A program made the position numbers and the translations under genes. The notes beneath the pieces were generated by a model. It was not told the origin of the DNA. It ran no database searches and saw only the letters and a program-made list of their open reading frames with translations. This document shows, piece by piece, positions 12,068 through 24,700 of a stretch of 64,000 nt of DNA. Position 1 is the first letter of the stretch, and every line of letters begins with the position of its first letter. The DNA is from Eledone cirrhosa (taxonomy: Eukaryota), in the NCBI GenBank assembly GCA_964016885.1, contig OZ024744.1, positions 91,140,001 through 91,204,000 on the forward strand. Direction: 5' to 3'.

Positions 12068-13410
12068 AATAATAATTGTTTTTACTTTTGGCACAAGGCC
12101 AGCAATTATCCCAGTGCATTACTGGTATTTTATTTTATCGACCCCCCCCCCCCCCCCGTAAGGATGAAAAGCAAAGTTAACCTTGATACGATTTAAACTC
12201 AGACTGTAAAGGGACGTAACTATGCTAGAAAACATGGCGTCCAACCCTCTACCGATACTGCCAATTCACCGCCCTATAATAATAAGAATAATAATGATTT
12301 CTACTTTTGGCACAAGGCCAGCAATTACTCCAGTGTATTACTGGTACTTTATTTTATCGACCCCGTAGGGATGAAAGGCAAAGTTAACCTCGGCGTGGTT
12401 TGAACTGGGGCCGTAACTCTATGCTGCAAAGCATGGAGTACGACGCTCTACCGATACAGCCAATTCACCGCCCTAATAATAATAATAATAACTGTTTCTA
12501 CTTTTTGGCACAAGGCCAGCAAATACCCAGTACATTACTGGTATTTTATTTTATCGACCCCGTAAGGATGAAAGGCAAAGTCAACCTCAGCGGGATTTGA
12601 ACTCAGACCGTAATACATTTCATTTCATTTCATTTGAGTTTGAGTCCATGCTCAGGCCAAGTCGAAGACTCCACCCTCAGAGTCTGGTGTGGTTGCCAGG
12701 TTGGATTCTCTGTTTAATTTTGACATGTGTAGGAGCGATTTTGAGTCAGTTTGTGCTCGTTGTGTATATCCTGGGAGATGGGGTTCATCTCTAATGGTGC
12801 TTAAGTATCTATCCAGCTGCAATTTGAATGATTCCACACTGCATCCTGATAGATTTCTGACATGTACCGGAATGGAGTTAATAATAATAATAATAATAAT
12901 GATGATGATGATTTCTAGTATAGGCACAAGGCCAGTAATTTGGGGGGATGGGGAAGTCGATTAAATCTACCCTAGTACGTTACTGGTGATTTATTTTATC
13001 AACCCCGTAAAGATGAAAGGCAAAGTTAACCTCGGCAGGATTTGAACTCAGACCATAAAGGGCCGTAACTCTATGCGTCAAAGCATGGTGTCCAACCCTC
13101 TACCGATACGGCCAATCCCCCGCCCTTAAAATGGATAATAATTGTTTCTACTTTTGGCACAAGGCCAGCAATTATCCCAGTACATTACTGGTACTTTATT
13201 TTATCGACCCCCGTAAGGATGAAAGGCAAAGTTAACCTCGGCGGGATTTAAACTCAGACTGTAAAGGGACGTAACTATGCTGGATAGCATGGCGCCCAAC
13301 CCTCTACCGATACTGCCAATTAACCACCCTTTAATAATAATAATAATAATAATAATTTCTACTTTTGGCACAAGGCCAACAATTAACGAGTGTATTACTG
13401 GTACTTTATG
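12068..13410 (-). mobile_element. Head-to-tail cluster of about 6 full or partial copies of a second tRNA-derived SINE with (ATT)n tails
   Basis: About 200-bp unit on the minus strand: AGGGCGGTGAATTGGCAGTATCGG (A box), GAGTTCAAATCC (B box), CCTTTCATCCTTACGGGGTCGATAAAATAAAGTACC, GGCCTTGTGCC, (ATT)n. Confidence 0.85.
12620..12880 (-). mobile_element. CR1-like LINE 3' fragment
   Basis: NSIPVHVRNLSGCSVESFKLQLDRYLSTIRDEP, with a (GAAAT)n-type tail at 12617-12635. Confidence 0.65.
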
Positions 13411-13456
13411 TATAATAATAATAATAATAATAACAACAACAACTAAGACATTTTAC

Positions 13457-13682
13457 CTGTCCAACAAATTCCAGAAGAATGTTTATTTTTGCATTCGCAT
13501 GAGTTATACCCTGATAACTCATGTTCTTGGCAGCTCGATGAGTACTGATAAATACTTCTCCATTGCAAGTTTCAAAGGCAATATACTTCATTGTTGGATG
13601 AATCCAACAGTTTGTCTGGCCATACATTGTCTCTGGTCGCATTGTGGCAGCCACTAAAAACACTTTCTTTCCTTTCAGAGAA
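13457..13682 (-). CDS. LARS1: LARS1 coding exon 9, CP1 editing-domain Thr-rich motif ([26 protein letters not shown]...EFVGQ)
   Basis: tctAG / GTAAAA boundaries, 226 nt, phase 2-0. Lies inside ORF 13406..13711. Confidence 0.97.
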
Positions 13683-13756
13683 CTAGAAGAAGATAATGAA
13701 GAAGAAATCAAAAATTAGTAATATAATAAAAGCCATGTGTATTTGTCCATCACGCA

Positions 13757-15952
13757 CTAGAGATGACTGACGGAGGAAGGTGTGATGACGTCGACTGAGG
13801 AAGGAGGAAGGTGTGATAATGTCGACTGAGGAAGGAGGAAGGTGTGATGATGTCGACTGAGGAAGGAGGAAGGTGTGATGATGTCGACTGAGGAAGGAGG
13901 AAGGTGTGATGATGTCGACTGAGGAAGGAGGAGGGTGTGATGATGTCGACTGAGGAAGGAAGGGGTGATTATGTCGACTGAGGAAGGAAGGGGTGATTAT
14001 GTCGACTGAGGAAGGAGGAGGGGTGATGATGTCGACTGAGGAAGGAGGAGGGGTGATGATGTCGACTGAGGAAGGAGGAAGGTGTGATGATGCCGACTGA
14101 GGAAGGAAGGGGTGATTATGTCGACTGAGGAAGGAAGGGGTGATTATGTCGACTGAGGAAGGAAGGGGTGATTATGTCGACTGAGGAAGGAAGGGGTGAT
14201 TATGTCGACTGAGGAAGGAAGGTGTGATTATGTCGACTGAGGAGGGAAGGGGTGATTATGTCGACTTAGGAAGGAAGGGGTGATTATGTCGACTTAGGAG
14301 GGAAGGGGTGATTATGTCGACAGAGGAGGGAAGGGGTGATTATGTCGACTGAGGAAGGAAGGGGTGATTATGTCGACTGAGGAAGGAAGGGGTGATTATG
14401 TCGACTGAGGAAGGAAGGGGTGATTATGTCGACTGAGGAAGGAAGGGGTGATTATGTCGACTGAGGAAGGAAGGGGTGATTATGTCGACTGAGGAGGGAA
14501 GGGGTGATTATGTTGACTGAGGAAGGAAGGGGTGATTATGTCGACTGAGGAGGGAAGGGGTGATTATGTCGACTGAGGAAGGAAGGGGTGATTATGTCGA
14601 CTGAGGAAGGAAGGTGTGATTATGTCGACTGAGGAAGGAAGGGGTGATTATGTCGACTGAGGAGGGAAGGGGTGATTATGTTGACTGAGGAGGGAAGGGG
14701 TGATTATGTTGACTGAGGAAGGAAGGGGTGATTATGTCGACTGAGGAAGGAAGGGGTGATTATGTCGACTGAGGAAGGAAGGGGTGATTATGTCGACTGA
14801 GGAAGGAAGGGGTGATTATGTTGACTGAGGAAGGAAGGGGTGATTATGTCGACTGAGGAGGGAAGGGGTGATTATGTTGACTGAGGAAGGAAGGGGTGAT
14901 TATGTCGACTGAGGAGGGAAGGGGTGATTATGTCGACTGAGGAAAGAAGGGGTGATTATGTCGACTGAGGAAGGAAGGTGTGATTATGTCGACTGAGGAA
15001 GGAAGGGGTGATTATGTCGACTGAGGAGGGAAGGGGTGATTATGTTGACTGAGGAGGGAAGGGGTGATTATGTTGACTGAGGAAGGAAGGGGTGATTATG
15101 TCGACTGAGGAAGGAAGGGGTGATTATGTCGACTGAGGAAGGAAGGGGTGATTATGTCGACTGAGGAAGGAAGGGGTGATTATGTCGACTGAGGAGGGAA
15201 GGGGTGATTATGTTGACTGAGGAAGGAAGGGGTGATTATGTCGACTGAGGAAGGAAGGTGTGATTATGTCGACTGAGGAAGGAAGGGGTGATTATGTCGA
15301 CTGAGGAAGGAAGGGGTGATTATGTCGACTGAGGAAGGAAGGGGTGATTATGTCGACTGAGGAAGGAAGGGGTGATTATGTCGACTGAGGAGGGAAGGGG
15401 TGATTATGTCGACAGAGGAAGGAAGGGGTGATGACAAACTACAGAAAGTAGCGGCTAACATTTACTACATCTGTGTGTGTATGTATAGCGAATTGACTAT
15501 ACACACTGGCTGTTATGATTATGTGAGTGTTTCTGTGTGTGTGCATGTGTGTTTGTGTAAATTATATTTATATATAATATTTGAGTGAGTCATCATCATC
15601 ATCATCATCATCATCATTGTTTAATGTCCATCTTCCACGCTAGCATGGGTTGGACATGTGAGTGTATATGTGTTTGTGTGTTTATTTAGAAAGATACATA
15701 AACAGAATTATAAACACACATGCATCTACACATGCATATATATAAACAGATACACTTTAAAAAAAATTATTATTACATACACACACATGTACGTGGTGAC
15801 TGAAGAAGCAGGGGAGGTGAGAAACTATAGAAGTCCAGCGTTCTAAGATTCGTCACAGCTGTGTGTGTGTGCGTTTGTATCACTTGTGTGGATGAGCGCA
15901 AAGGAACCAACCTACCAACAAACAAACATCTCTTTTTTATATTATGTATAGA
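13757..15952 (-). mobile_element. Possible Helitron-like element containing the 28-bp array
   Basis: Minus-strand A|TCTATACATAATATAAAAAAGAGATGTTTGTTTG at 15952 and CTAG|T at 13757. The 3' hairpin is not clear. Confidence 0.4.
13772..15432. repeat. 28-bp minisatellite (31-bp variant at the left end), about 58 units
   Basis: Unit gtcgactgaggaaggaaggggtgattat, with GTCGAC/GTTGAC variants. Confidence 0.97.
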
Positions 15953-16846
15953 TATTACAATTAGTCATCATTTTTTTACAGCACAGGAGCCAGCTAGTAA
16001 TAAATAATCATGAATTCTTAACATCCTATAATTTAATTACCTTCAAGTTTTAGTAGTAATTAACATAAACTATAGGGTTTCTCTTATACAAAACACAAAT
16101 TTCACATTTTGTATCATGCTAGCATGGAAAATAGATGTTAAATAATGATGTTGATGATGCTGATGGACTGACCTTAAAAAACTAAACCTTACAACAGAAA
16201 TAGCTAAAGACCGCAAGGGCTGGCACTATGCAGTGCCGAAGAAGTCCCAACCCGCAACATACAATGAGGCCTGACCTACCCCAGTGTCCCCCCACTTCCA
16301 CTACCACTCACAAACAGCTATTATCAACACCACTACACCACACACACACACACACCCCATGTCCACACACATTCCTAGCCACTGCCCCCATGTGATTTGG
16401 CTGGTGATAGGAAGGGCATGCCAAACAAAAAGTTGGGAGGACCCTTCAGTTGTGTCAAGGACATGACAACCTCCTTAGTCCTGGTGGGTGATCTACACAA
16501 TAAAAGCACCATGTACACTCTGTAAAGTGGTTGGTGATAGAAAGGACATCCAGTCATAGAAATCTTGCCAAACAAAGGGTTGGGAAGACCCTTCAGTTGT
16601 GTCAAAGACATAACAACTTCTCTTATGTACTCAGTAGAATGTGAGACTGTAAATAAGCGAGAGCAGAGACCCCTGGTTTGTCTGGGAGATCAGCAGCCCC
16701 ACTTCAGTACTGACTTGGTTAATGTAGACCTGTCCAACCCTTGCTAGCAGAGAAATTGGACAACAACAATGATGATCATGAATATCTTATAAATAATTCA
16801 GCAGAAAACATCTACAAATATATTTGTTAATTCAAATGTTTATACT

Positions 16847-17188
16847 GGAAGCACATGGCTTAGTGGTTAGAGCACTGGCCTTGCAATCGAAAGGTTGTGA
16901 GTTCAATTCTCAGACCGGGTGATGTGTTGTTTCCTTGAGCAAGACACTTTATTTCACATTGCTCCAGTTTACTCAGCTGTAGAAATGAGATGATAGGGAC
17001 TGGGGTCCATATCATTCCACTGCAAAGTGGTCGTGGAGGTGCCACGGCAAAAAAGCACCCAGCACTCACTGTAAATGAGGTCGGTGTTAGGAAGGGCATC
17101 CAGCTGTAGAAATCAAGCCAGAATCAGTTCCCGTCCCACCCTTGCAAGCAGGGAAAAGCGGACGTAAAATGAAATGAAATGAAATGAT
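16847..17188 (+). mobile_element. Same SINE, copy 2
   Basis: Near-identical to 8315-8657, with a (TGAAA)n tail. Confidence 0.88.
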
Positions 17189-17544
17189 AGTACCTTTACA
17201 GATTGTTGTAAAAAATCTGCAGTATTATCTCTTAACATCCTGTAATCATTTAGATGAAAATATCTAAAAACAGGTTTGTTAATTTGAATATTTATAGTAT
17301 CTTTACTAGTGGACAGGTGGACAGGTTGTTGTGAAAACAGTGTTATCTCTTAACATCATGTAATGAATTAACAGACAATATTTAAAAATAATTTGGTAAT
17401 TCAAATGTTTATACTATCTTTACTACTGGACAGATTGTTGTGATAATTTATAGTATTTGAGTAAAGACTTTCATTTTTAATGTGATGGAGTCATTATGCT
17501 GTTTTGTACTTTTCAAGAATGTCTTGAAGGTTAAAAGATTAAAT

Positions 17545-18160
17545 GGTTCCACTGTGAGCAGGGTATGACGTGGCTAACTGGCCAGTCCCTCCTCATAATG
17601 GGACCATCCAGTTCCACACTATAAATGTGGTTGCGGGGTCCCAAACTATGGTTCCGCTTTGAGAAGGGTTTGGTGTGGCCAACTGGCCAGTCCCTCCTCA
17701 AAATGGAACCATCCAGTTCCACACTATAAATGTGGTTGCGGGGTCCCAAACTATGGTTCCGCTTTGAGAAGGGTTTGGTGTGGCCAACTGGCCAGTCCCT
17801 CCTCAAAATGGAACCATCCAGTTCCACACTAAAAATGTGGTTGCGGGGTCCCAAACTATGGTTCCGCTTTGAGAAGGGTTTGGTGTGGCCAACTGGCCAG
17901 TCCCTCCTCAAAATGGAACCATCCAGTTCCACACTAAAAATGTGGTTGCGGGGTCCCAAACTATGGTTCCGCTTTGAGAAGGGTTTGGTGTGGCCAACTG
18001 GCCAGTCCCTCCTCAAAATGGAACCATCCAGTTCCACACTAAAAATGTGGTTGCGGGGTCCCAAACTATGGTTCCGCTTTGAGAAGGGTTTGGTGTGGCC
18101 AACTGGCCAGTCCCTCCTCAAAATGGAACCATCCAGTTCCACACTAAAAATGTGGTTGGG
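17545..18160. repeat. 105-bp minisatellite, 5-6 units, followed by an RTE-type tail and (GAT)n to 18308
   Basis: Exact period 105 (17730, 17835, 17940, 18045). Confidence 0.95.
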
Positions 18161-18320
18161 GATCCAACTGTAAAAATTCTGGCCAAATTTTACAGTTCTG
18201 TCTAAGCAAGGTACAGTGTGGCCAATCTGGCCAGACTTTTCTCATGACGTGGACAACCCGTCTAACCCATGCAAGCATGGAAGATGATGATGATGATAAT
18301 GATGATGAAGTATTTATTAC

Positions 18321-18385
18321 CTTAATTTGGTAGGTAGTTCTATTAGAGCCGTTTTAATTAAAGTATATTCCTGTGGACCAACACC
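18321..18385 (-). CDS. LARS1: LARS1 coding exon 8 (GVGPQEYTLIKTALIELPTKL)
   Basis: tgcAG / GTAATA boundaries, 65 nt, phase 0-2. Confidence 0.95.
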
Positions 18386-19769
18386 CTGCAAAAACAGAAA
18401 TTGAAGAATAATGTAATTTAATGAAATAACCCACCTAGTAGAGTATTTCTACCTACCCAGTGGGCTACACACACATACATACATACACACGACAGGCTTC
18501 CACACACTAAATTCCCCTACTAAATTTCACCCTCAAAGTATTGGTCAACCTGTGGCTATAGTAAAAGACATTTATTTCCCCACGGCACCACACTGTAAGA
18601 CTGAACCCAAAACCATGTGGTTGTGAGGCAATCTCCTTACTACAGTCATGCCAGTGTGTTTATATGTGTATGTATATATGTATGTATTTATGTCGGTCAT
18701 CCAGTAAGACGCCCTTAAGGGCTTCAATTGACTAAGTAGTAGGAAACACAAGATGCTATTCTATGGGTTCTCAAAGTCGATTATATCGACCCCCAGTACC
18801 TCTTACAAACATAAATGTCCAGTTTTTTGACATTACATTAATAAAGAAATATATATATATCTCATCTCTCATCCCCTTCATACCGCCCCCTCTCCCTACA
18901 TAGTTAAGGACAGCCACTTCTGGTATGCACATCTCCACTTCCCCTTCACTCACCACCACCCCTTGCCCAATTGAGAACACAACAATCACCCTACCATGAA
19001 TGCCACAGTGGAACACACCCAGTGCACTCTGATAATGTGCCACAATATAAAGCACCCAGCCTATACTGCAAAGTGGTAGTATCAGTACCATAATAGAATA
19101 CACCCAATCCACTTTGTAATGTGCTAGTGTTGTTGTCAGGGTAAAATGCACCTTGCCCACTCTGTAAAGTGGTACTGCAGATGTTATGATAACATAGATC
19201 CAGCCCACTCTGTAAAGTAGTAGTCCCAGTGCAACAATAAAATGCACCTTGTACACTCTGTAAAGTGGTAATGTTAGTCATCATAACAATTTTACATCAG
19301 CTTTTCCATACTTGTGAGGTTTGGGCAGGTCTTTTTCAGCACAGTACAACATGTCACAATAGTTTGTCATCTCCTCTGTGAACTTGAGACATGATATCAG
19401 CTCTCAGGTGCCACAATAAAATGTTCCCAGCACACACTGTAAAGTGGTAGTGTTGATGTCAGGGTAAAATACACCCAGCCCACTCTGTAAAGTGGTAGTG
19501 CCAGTGACACAATAAAATACACCCATGTGGTAGTGTTGATGTTACAATAAAATAGATCCAGCCCACTCTGTCAAGTGGGTAAAATGCACTCGGTACCCTG
19601 TAAATTGGTTGACATTAGGAACCATATCAAAATGGAATGTGTAAGCAGGACATGGTCATCTGACTTGACTAGACTCAGAAGGTGACACAGCATCCAGCCC
19701 ATGCCGACATGGAAAATGAACTTAAAACAATGATGATGATGATATTATATGTTATTTTTTTATCCTTAC

Positions 19770-19833
19770 CTCACCACTACTCCTATCGTGGTCCATACAT
19801 GGCTGATCATCTAATGGAGAATATATGGTGTAC
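19770..19833 (-). CDS. LARS1: LARS1 coding exon 7 ([21 protein letters not shown])
   Basis: tacAG / GTAAGG boundaries, 64 nt, phase 2-0. Conserved QPCMDHDR. Confidence 0.96.
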
Positions 19834-19885
19834 CTGTACAAAAACAAAGATAAAATCTACTTTAGTTTCCAATAAACACCTTTAA

Positions 19886-20092
19886 CCCTTTAGCATTTAC
19901 AATACTCTATATATACTATTACACTTTGTGGTAAAGGCTTTATCTCATATAATTATGTCATGTAATATTGTATCTGAGATTTTGATATTATTATTTTGAG
20001 AACAATACCTTAAAGTCAGTATGAGAGGCCAGTTACAGCCGGTTTGAACAGAAGGAGGCGAGCGAATTCGGACCAGATACAGCCAGTTTAAA
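19886..20092 (+). mobile_element. Same TTAA MITE, right TIR eroded
   Basis: TTAA|CCCTTTAGCATTTAC and a full internal match. Confidence 0.75.
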
Positions 20093-20508
20093 GGAGCAAT
20101 ATAATAGATTAAATCAAATTCTGCCAATGGCATATTGTAAGATGTACTATCTCCACGTGTCGGTCGCTCTCCGACAGGTTTTGCAGTTGAGCCCATATCA
20201 GTGGAGACTTCTGGCGTCCTTGGCCCTAGGGCTACCTCCATACTTACCACCATAGGTGCTGAGTTGGCAAGCCATAGGTGTGAGCCTCACCAGTAGGAAT
20301 GGCTCTTCCAGTGCATCTCCCTTACCACTCTCCGGAGAAATGCCTTTTCCATTCTGTCTGCCAGGACCATGGGGCTGCCAGCACGTGGGACCCCATTTGC
20401 TCATAATAGTGAGAGATGAGGAGGGTGAAAGAGATGGAGGCGATGACAGTGGGAATTCAGCTCCTCTGTGTTCAGCTGACCCTTATATATATGTATATGT
20501 ATGTATAT

Positions 20509-20850
20509 GGAGGTACATGGCTTAGTGGTTAGAGCATTGGCCTTGCAATCGAAAGGTTGTGAGTTCAATTCTCAGACCGGGTGATGTGTTGTTTCCTTGA
20601 GCAAGACACTTTATTTCACATTGCTCCAGTTTACTCAGCTGTAAAAATGAGATGATAGGGACTGGGGTCCCTATCATTCCACTGCAAAGTGGTCGTGGAG
20701 GTGCCACGGCAAAAAAGCACCCAGCACTCCCTGTAAATGAGGTTGGTGTTAGGCAGGGCATCCAGCTGTAGAAATCAAGCCAGAATCAGTTCCCATCCCA
20801 CCCTTGCAAGCAGGGAAAAAGCGGACGTAAAATGAAATGATGAATGATGA
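20509..20850 (+). mobile_element. Same SINE, copy 3
   Basis: Near-identical to the other copies. Confidence 0.88.
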
Positions 20851-21754
20851 TATATATATATACAAAAAGTTATGAAACGAAAGGAGCTGTGTGATTACTA
20901 AAAACAAGGTTTAGGATGGTGGTTAAGACGGAACAGGAGGAGAAAGGAAGAAATATATATATAAAGTTGTATTCCTGTCAGTTTATTTGTTTGTTTTTGT
21001 TCACAAACTCCTCCTGTGGTTTTGGAGATAGACCCCCATAACCATATATATTCTGAAACTACATTGCCCAGAGTACTTGGATAAGTATATTTCATTTTAA
21101 TCAAAGGGTTCCCTGGGGGCACAAAACCCCACTGAAAATCTTTTCCCTTCGATTTATATGAAATTTAAACCATAGGTAAATGACAAGATATAATGCCTAT
21201 TCACAAAATTTCAATAATATTAGATATATTACAAAAAATGTCAGACCCTCAAAAACAATCTTCTTGTATTTAAACTCTGATTACTGTTATACGTTCGTTT
21301 AATAACCTTCTCATATTTAAACACTGATTACTGTTATACGTCCATTTATAGGTTTAGATTTAAAAAAAATAACCTTCTAGTTATAACTTTTTCGGGAACA
21401 TTCTTCCTTCTTCTTCTCCTCTACTCTGTCCCCCAATGCATTGTCTATAAGCCTACAGGCCTCCCTCTCTCTCTCTTAGCAAGTATAAAATGAACCGGTC
21501 GGTCGTAAAAAATTTCAGAATTCTTCGAATCTTCATCCCTGCCGAAGAGACGTTTGAGAAATGTAATTGTATTTACGCCATTTTCTTGTCTCTCTCTGTT
21601 TTACACGGTCCATTTACTTAGAATCCAAGCTTTCAATTTTATTCGTCAATTCTGTCAGACCCTCAAAAACAATGTTCTTGTATTTAAACTCTGATTACTA
21701 TTATACGTCCTTTTATAGGTTTAGATTAAAAAAAAATAACCTTCTAGTTAACTT

Positions 21755-24700
21755 CCCCATACCCCCCCCCCCCCCCCCACGCGCCACCATTATTAGATGG
21801 TCCAATCATAATTCATGGCTTATACGTCTCTCTTACCAATCTCTTACAAAAAATCCACCGCCTCGGCTATTCACTCCTTAAGTTTAAACCTGGTTGCCTT
21901 TGATATGCTAGATGGACAATGGGATTCTGGAGAGTACGAAAAATCTGGACACTCAAATGACAATGTCAAAGGTAAAGATAAATTCACCTCATGTGGCCGG
22001 ATGAAAATGCAAGGATTCCTCTTTATTTCAGACGTGGATGGCAAACATAACCCCATCACCCCATCTCCCTCACCCCTCCAACTCATCCCTTCCACCCATC
22101 AAACGAAATCCAAAACTTCAGAGTTGGTACCATGAATGTAGGCACTTTAAAAGGTCGCTCTAACGAGGTTGTAGAGAAGCTTGAACATAAGGAAATTGAT
22201 GCTTGTTGCGTCCAAGAGACTAGGTGGAGGGGTGGGTCTGCTAGATTCATTGTGGGTAAAAAACGATGCTATAAACTTTTCTGGGTGGGAAATGAAAATG
22301 GGCTGGGTGGAGTAGGAAGTATGTTAGCAGAAAAATGGGTAGATAAGGTAATTGACGTAAATAGAGTGAACGACAGAATAATCAAAATAAGACTTGTCCT
22401 AAATAGAACTACTGTGACAATAATATCCGCTTACACACCCCAATCTGGACTGCCTGGTGTTATAAAAGACAGATTCTATGAGTCGCTAATGCTCACTACC
22501 TCCCAACTAACCGACAGTGACTACATAATTATTGCTGGCGACCTAAATGGTCATGTTGGACAACATTGTGACGGCTATGACGGAATCCATGGAGGCTACG
22601 GGTTTGGTACCAGAAATGAGGAAAGCTTCAGAATTATGGAATTCTGTGACGCAAATAACCTAACTATCTGCAACACAAACTTCAAAAAACGAGACAATCA
22701 CTTGATCACCTATAGATCAGGGGAACACGCCAGTCAGATAGATTATATCCTTACTAGAAGACGTGACAAAAGGGTTGGTTGTAAACACTAAATCACTCTC
22801 CCGCGAAGAAGGCACCTCCCAACATAGACTCATAGTTAGTGACCTCATAGTCAGGACAAGAGATACTCGACAACAGAGGAGGACCACCCTAAGAAGAAGA
22901 ATATGGAAGTTAAAGGACCCCACAGCCGGTAACAAATTTAAAAGCATATTACTTGATGCTTTTGACAGTAAGGAAGAGGAATTAGAGATGTACAGTATAG
23001 AAGAACAGTGGGGATTCCTGAAAGTTAACCTGCTGAAGGCGACAGATGAAATCTGTGGCTGGAGCAGACCTATAGGCAGGAGGAGAGTAATGTGGTGGTG
23101 GAACAGTAAGGTGGAGGAGTCAATCAAGGCCAAAAAGCAAGCTTGGAAAGTATGGCGGGATGGGAGAAGTAGAGAAGACTATCAAGTGGCCAGGAGGGAA
23201 GCTAGGAGACAAGTGTACCTTGCAAGAAGGGAAGCAGAGGAAAGAAAGTTCAAGTATGTTCTACAACGCAAGGACCAAAAACGTGAGGTGTTCAGGATTG
23301 CAAGACAATGTGTCAAGGAAAACCGTGATATTGTCGGGGAGAAGTTTGTCCGTAATGATGATAGTATACTTGCCATCACTGATACTGATAAGAAGATAGC
23401 TTGGAAGTGTCATTACGAGAGGCTACTAAATGAGGAAATTAAGTGGGAAAAAGATAGTCTGCCCCAAATCGATCCAATAGAGGGACCAGCAGTGCAAGTT
23501 GAAGGTAGTATAATAAGTAAGGCAATCAAAGACAGAAAAAGCAGCTGGGCCTTCGGAGATAGTTGCTGAAATGCTGAAAGCATCTGGATCGGTGGGACAC
23601 ACTATGGTCTCCCGGATAGTAAACCAAGTCATACAGAATGGGGTCATACCAAATGACTGGCGTAACAGCATCATCATTAACTGCTACAAGGCTAAAGGAG
23701 ATGCCCTAGATAGGGGAAACTATAGAGGCATTAAATTAATTGACCAGGTCATGAAGGTCACAGAAAAAGTTATAGTGCAACTAATCAGAGAGCGAATTGA
23801 TCTAGATGAAATGCAGTTTGGGTTTGTGTCAGGTAAAAGTACCACAGACGCTCTTTTCCTTGTTCGACAACTACAGAAGTTCCTAGCTAAAAGTAAACCC
23901 CTATACTTAGCTTTTGTTGAATTGGAGAAAGCCTTTGACAGAGTCCCCCCGCTCCATTATCTGGTGGGCTCTTAGAAAACTAGGTGCTGATGAATGGCTC
24001 GTGAGAGCTATACAAGCCATGTATAAAGAAACAGTCAGCAAGGTTTAACAACGAATATAGTGAAGAATTTAGCGTAAAAGTTGGTGTTCATCAGGGCCTG
24101 TCCTTAGCCCCCTCGTATTTATTATTGCTCTTCAGGCTATAACAGAGGAGTTCAAGACCGACTGTCCATGGGAACTTCTATATGCTGATGATCTAACGCT
24201 CATAGCTGAATCAATGTCTGAACTAGAGAAGAAATTCCAAACTTGGAAGCATGGCCTAGAATCAAAAGGCCTTAAAATTAACCTGTCTAAGACTAAAGTT
24301 CTAGTATGTAGGAAGGAAAATAGGGCACTGGTCTCCTCTGGGAAATGGCCATGCTCACTTGTGTAGCAAAGGAATAGGCAGAAACTACATTTTATGTCCC
24401 AAATGCAAAGTATGGGTGCATAAAAGATGTAGTGGGATCACAGGTAAGCTAACTAAGAACATAGATTTTATATGTGGCCGGTGCTCAGGTGCAATAAGTA
24501 GTAGCAAGTGCCCACAGAATACTAGCTCATTCCATTGCACAGATGGTTCTATAGAAATAGTGGACACCTTCTGTTACCTGGGTGACAAAATCAGCAGTGG
24601 GGGAGGCTGCTCTGAAAGTACAGTAGCCAGAGTCAGAACGGGATGGAAAAAGTTCAGAGAGCTTACACCACTATTAGCCGCTAAAGGGTTCTCTCTAAAA

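Noticed and set aside
13457-13682. ATMRPET instead of the usual ATLRPET in the CP1 editing motif
   Set aside because: A conservative change. The Thr residues and the GTG...D motif in exon 11 are intact, so there is no sign of altered editing.
17531-18173. ORFs with a 35-aa repeat on both strands
   Set aside because: 105-bp satellite; openness on both strands reflects unit composition.
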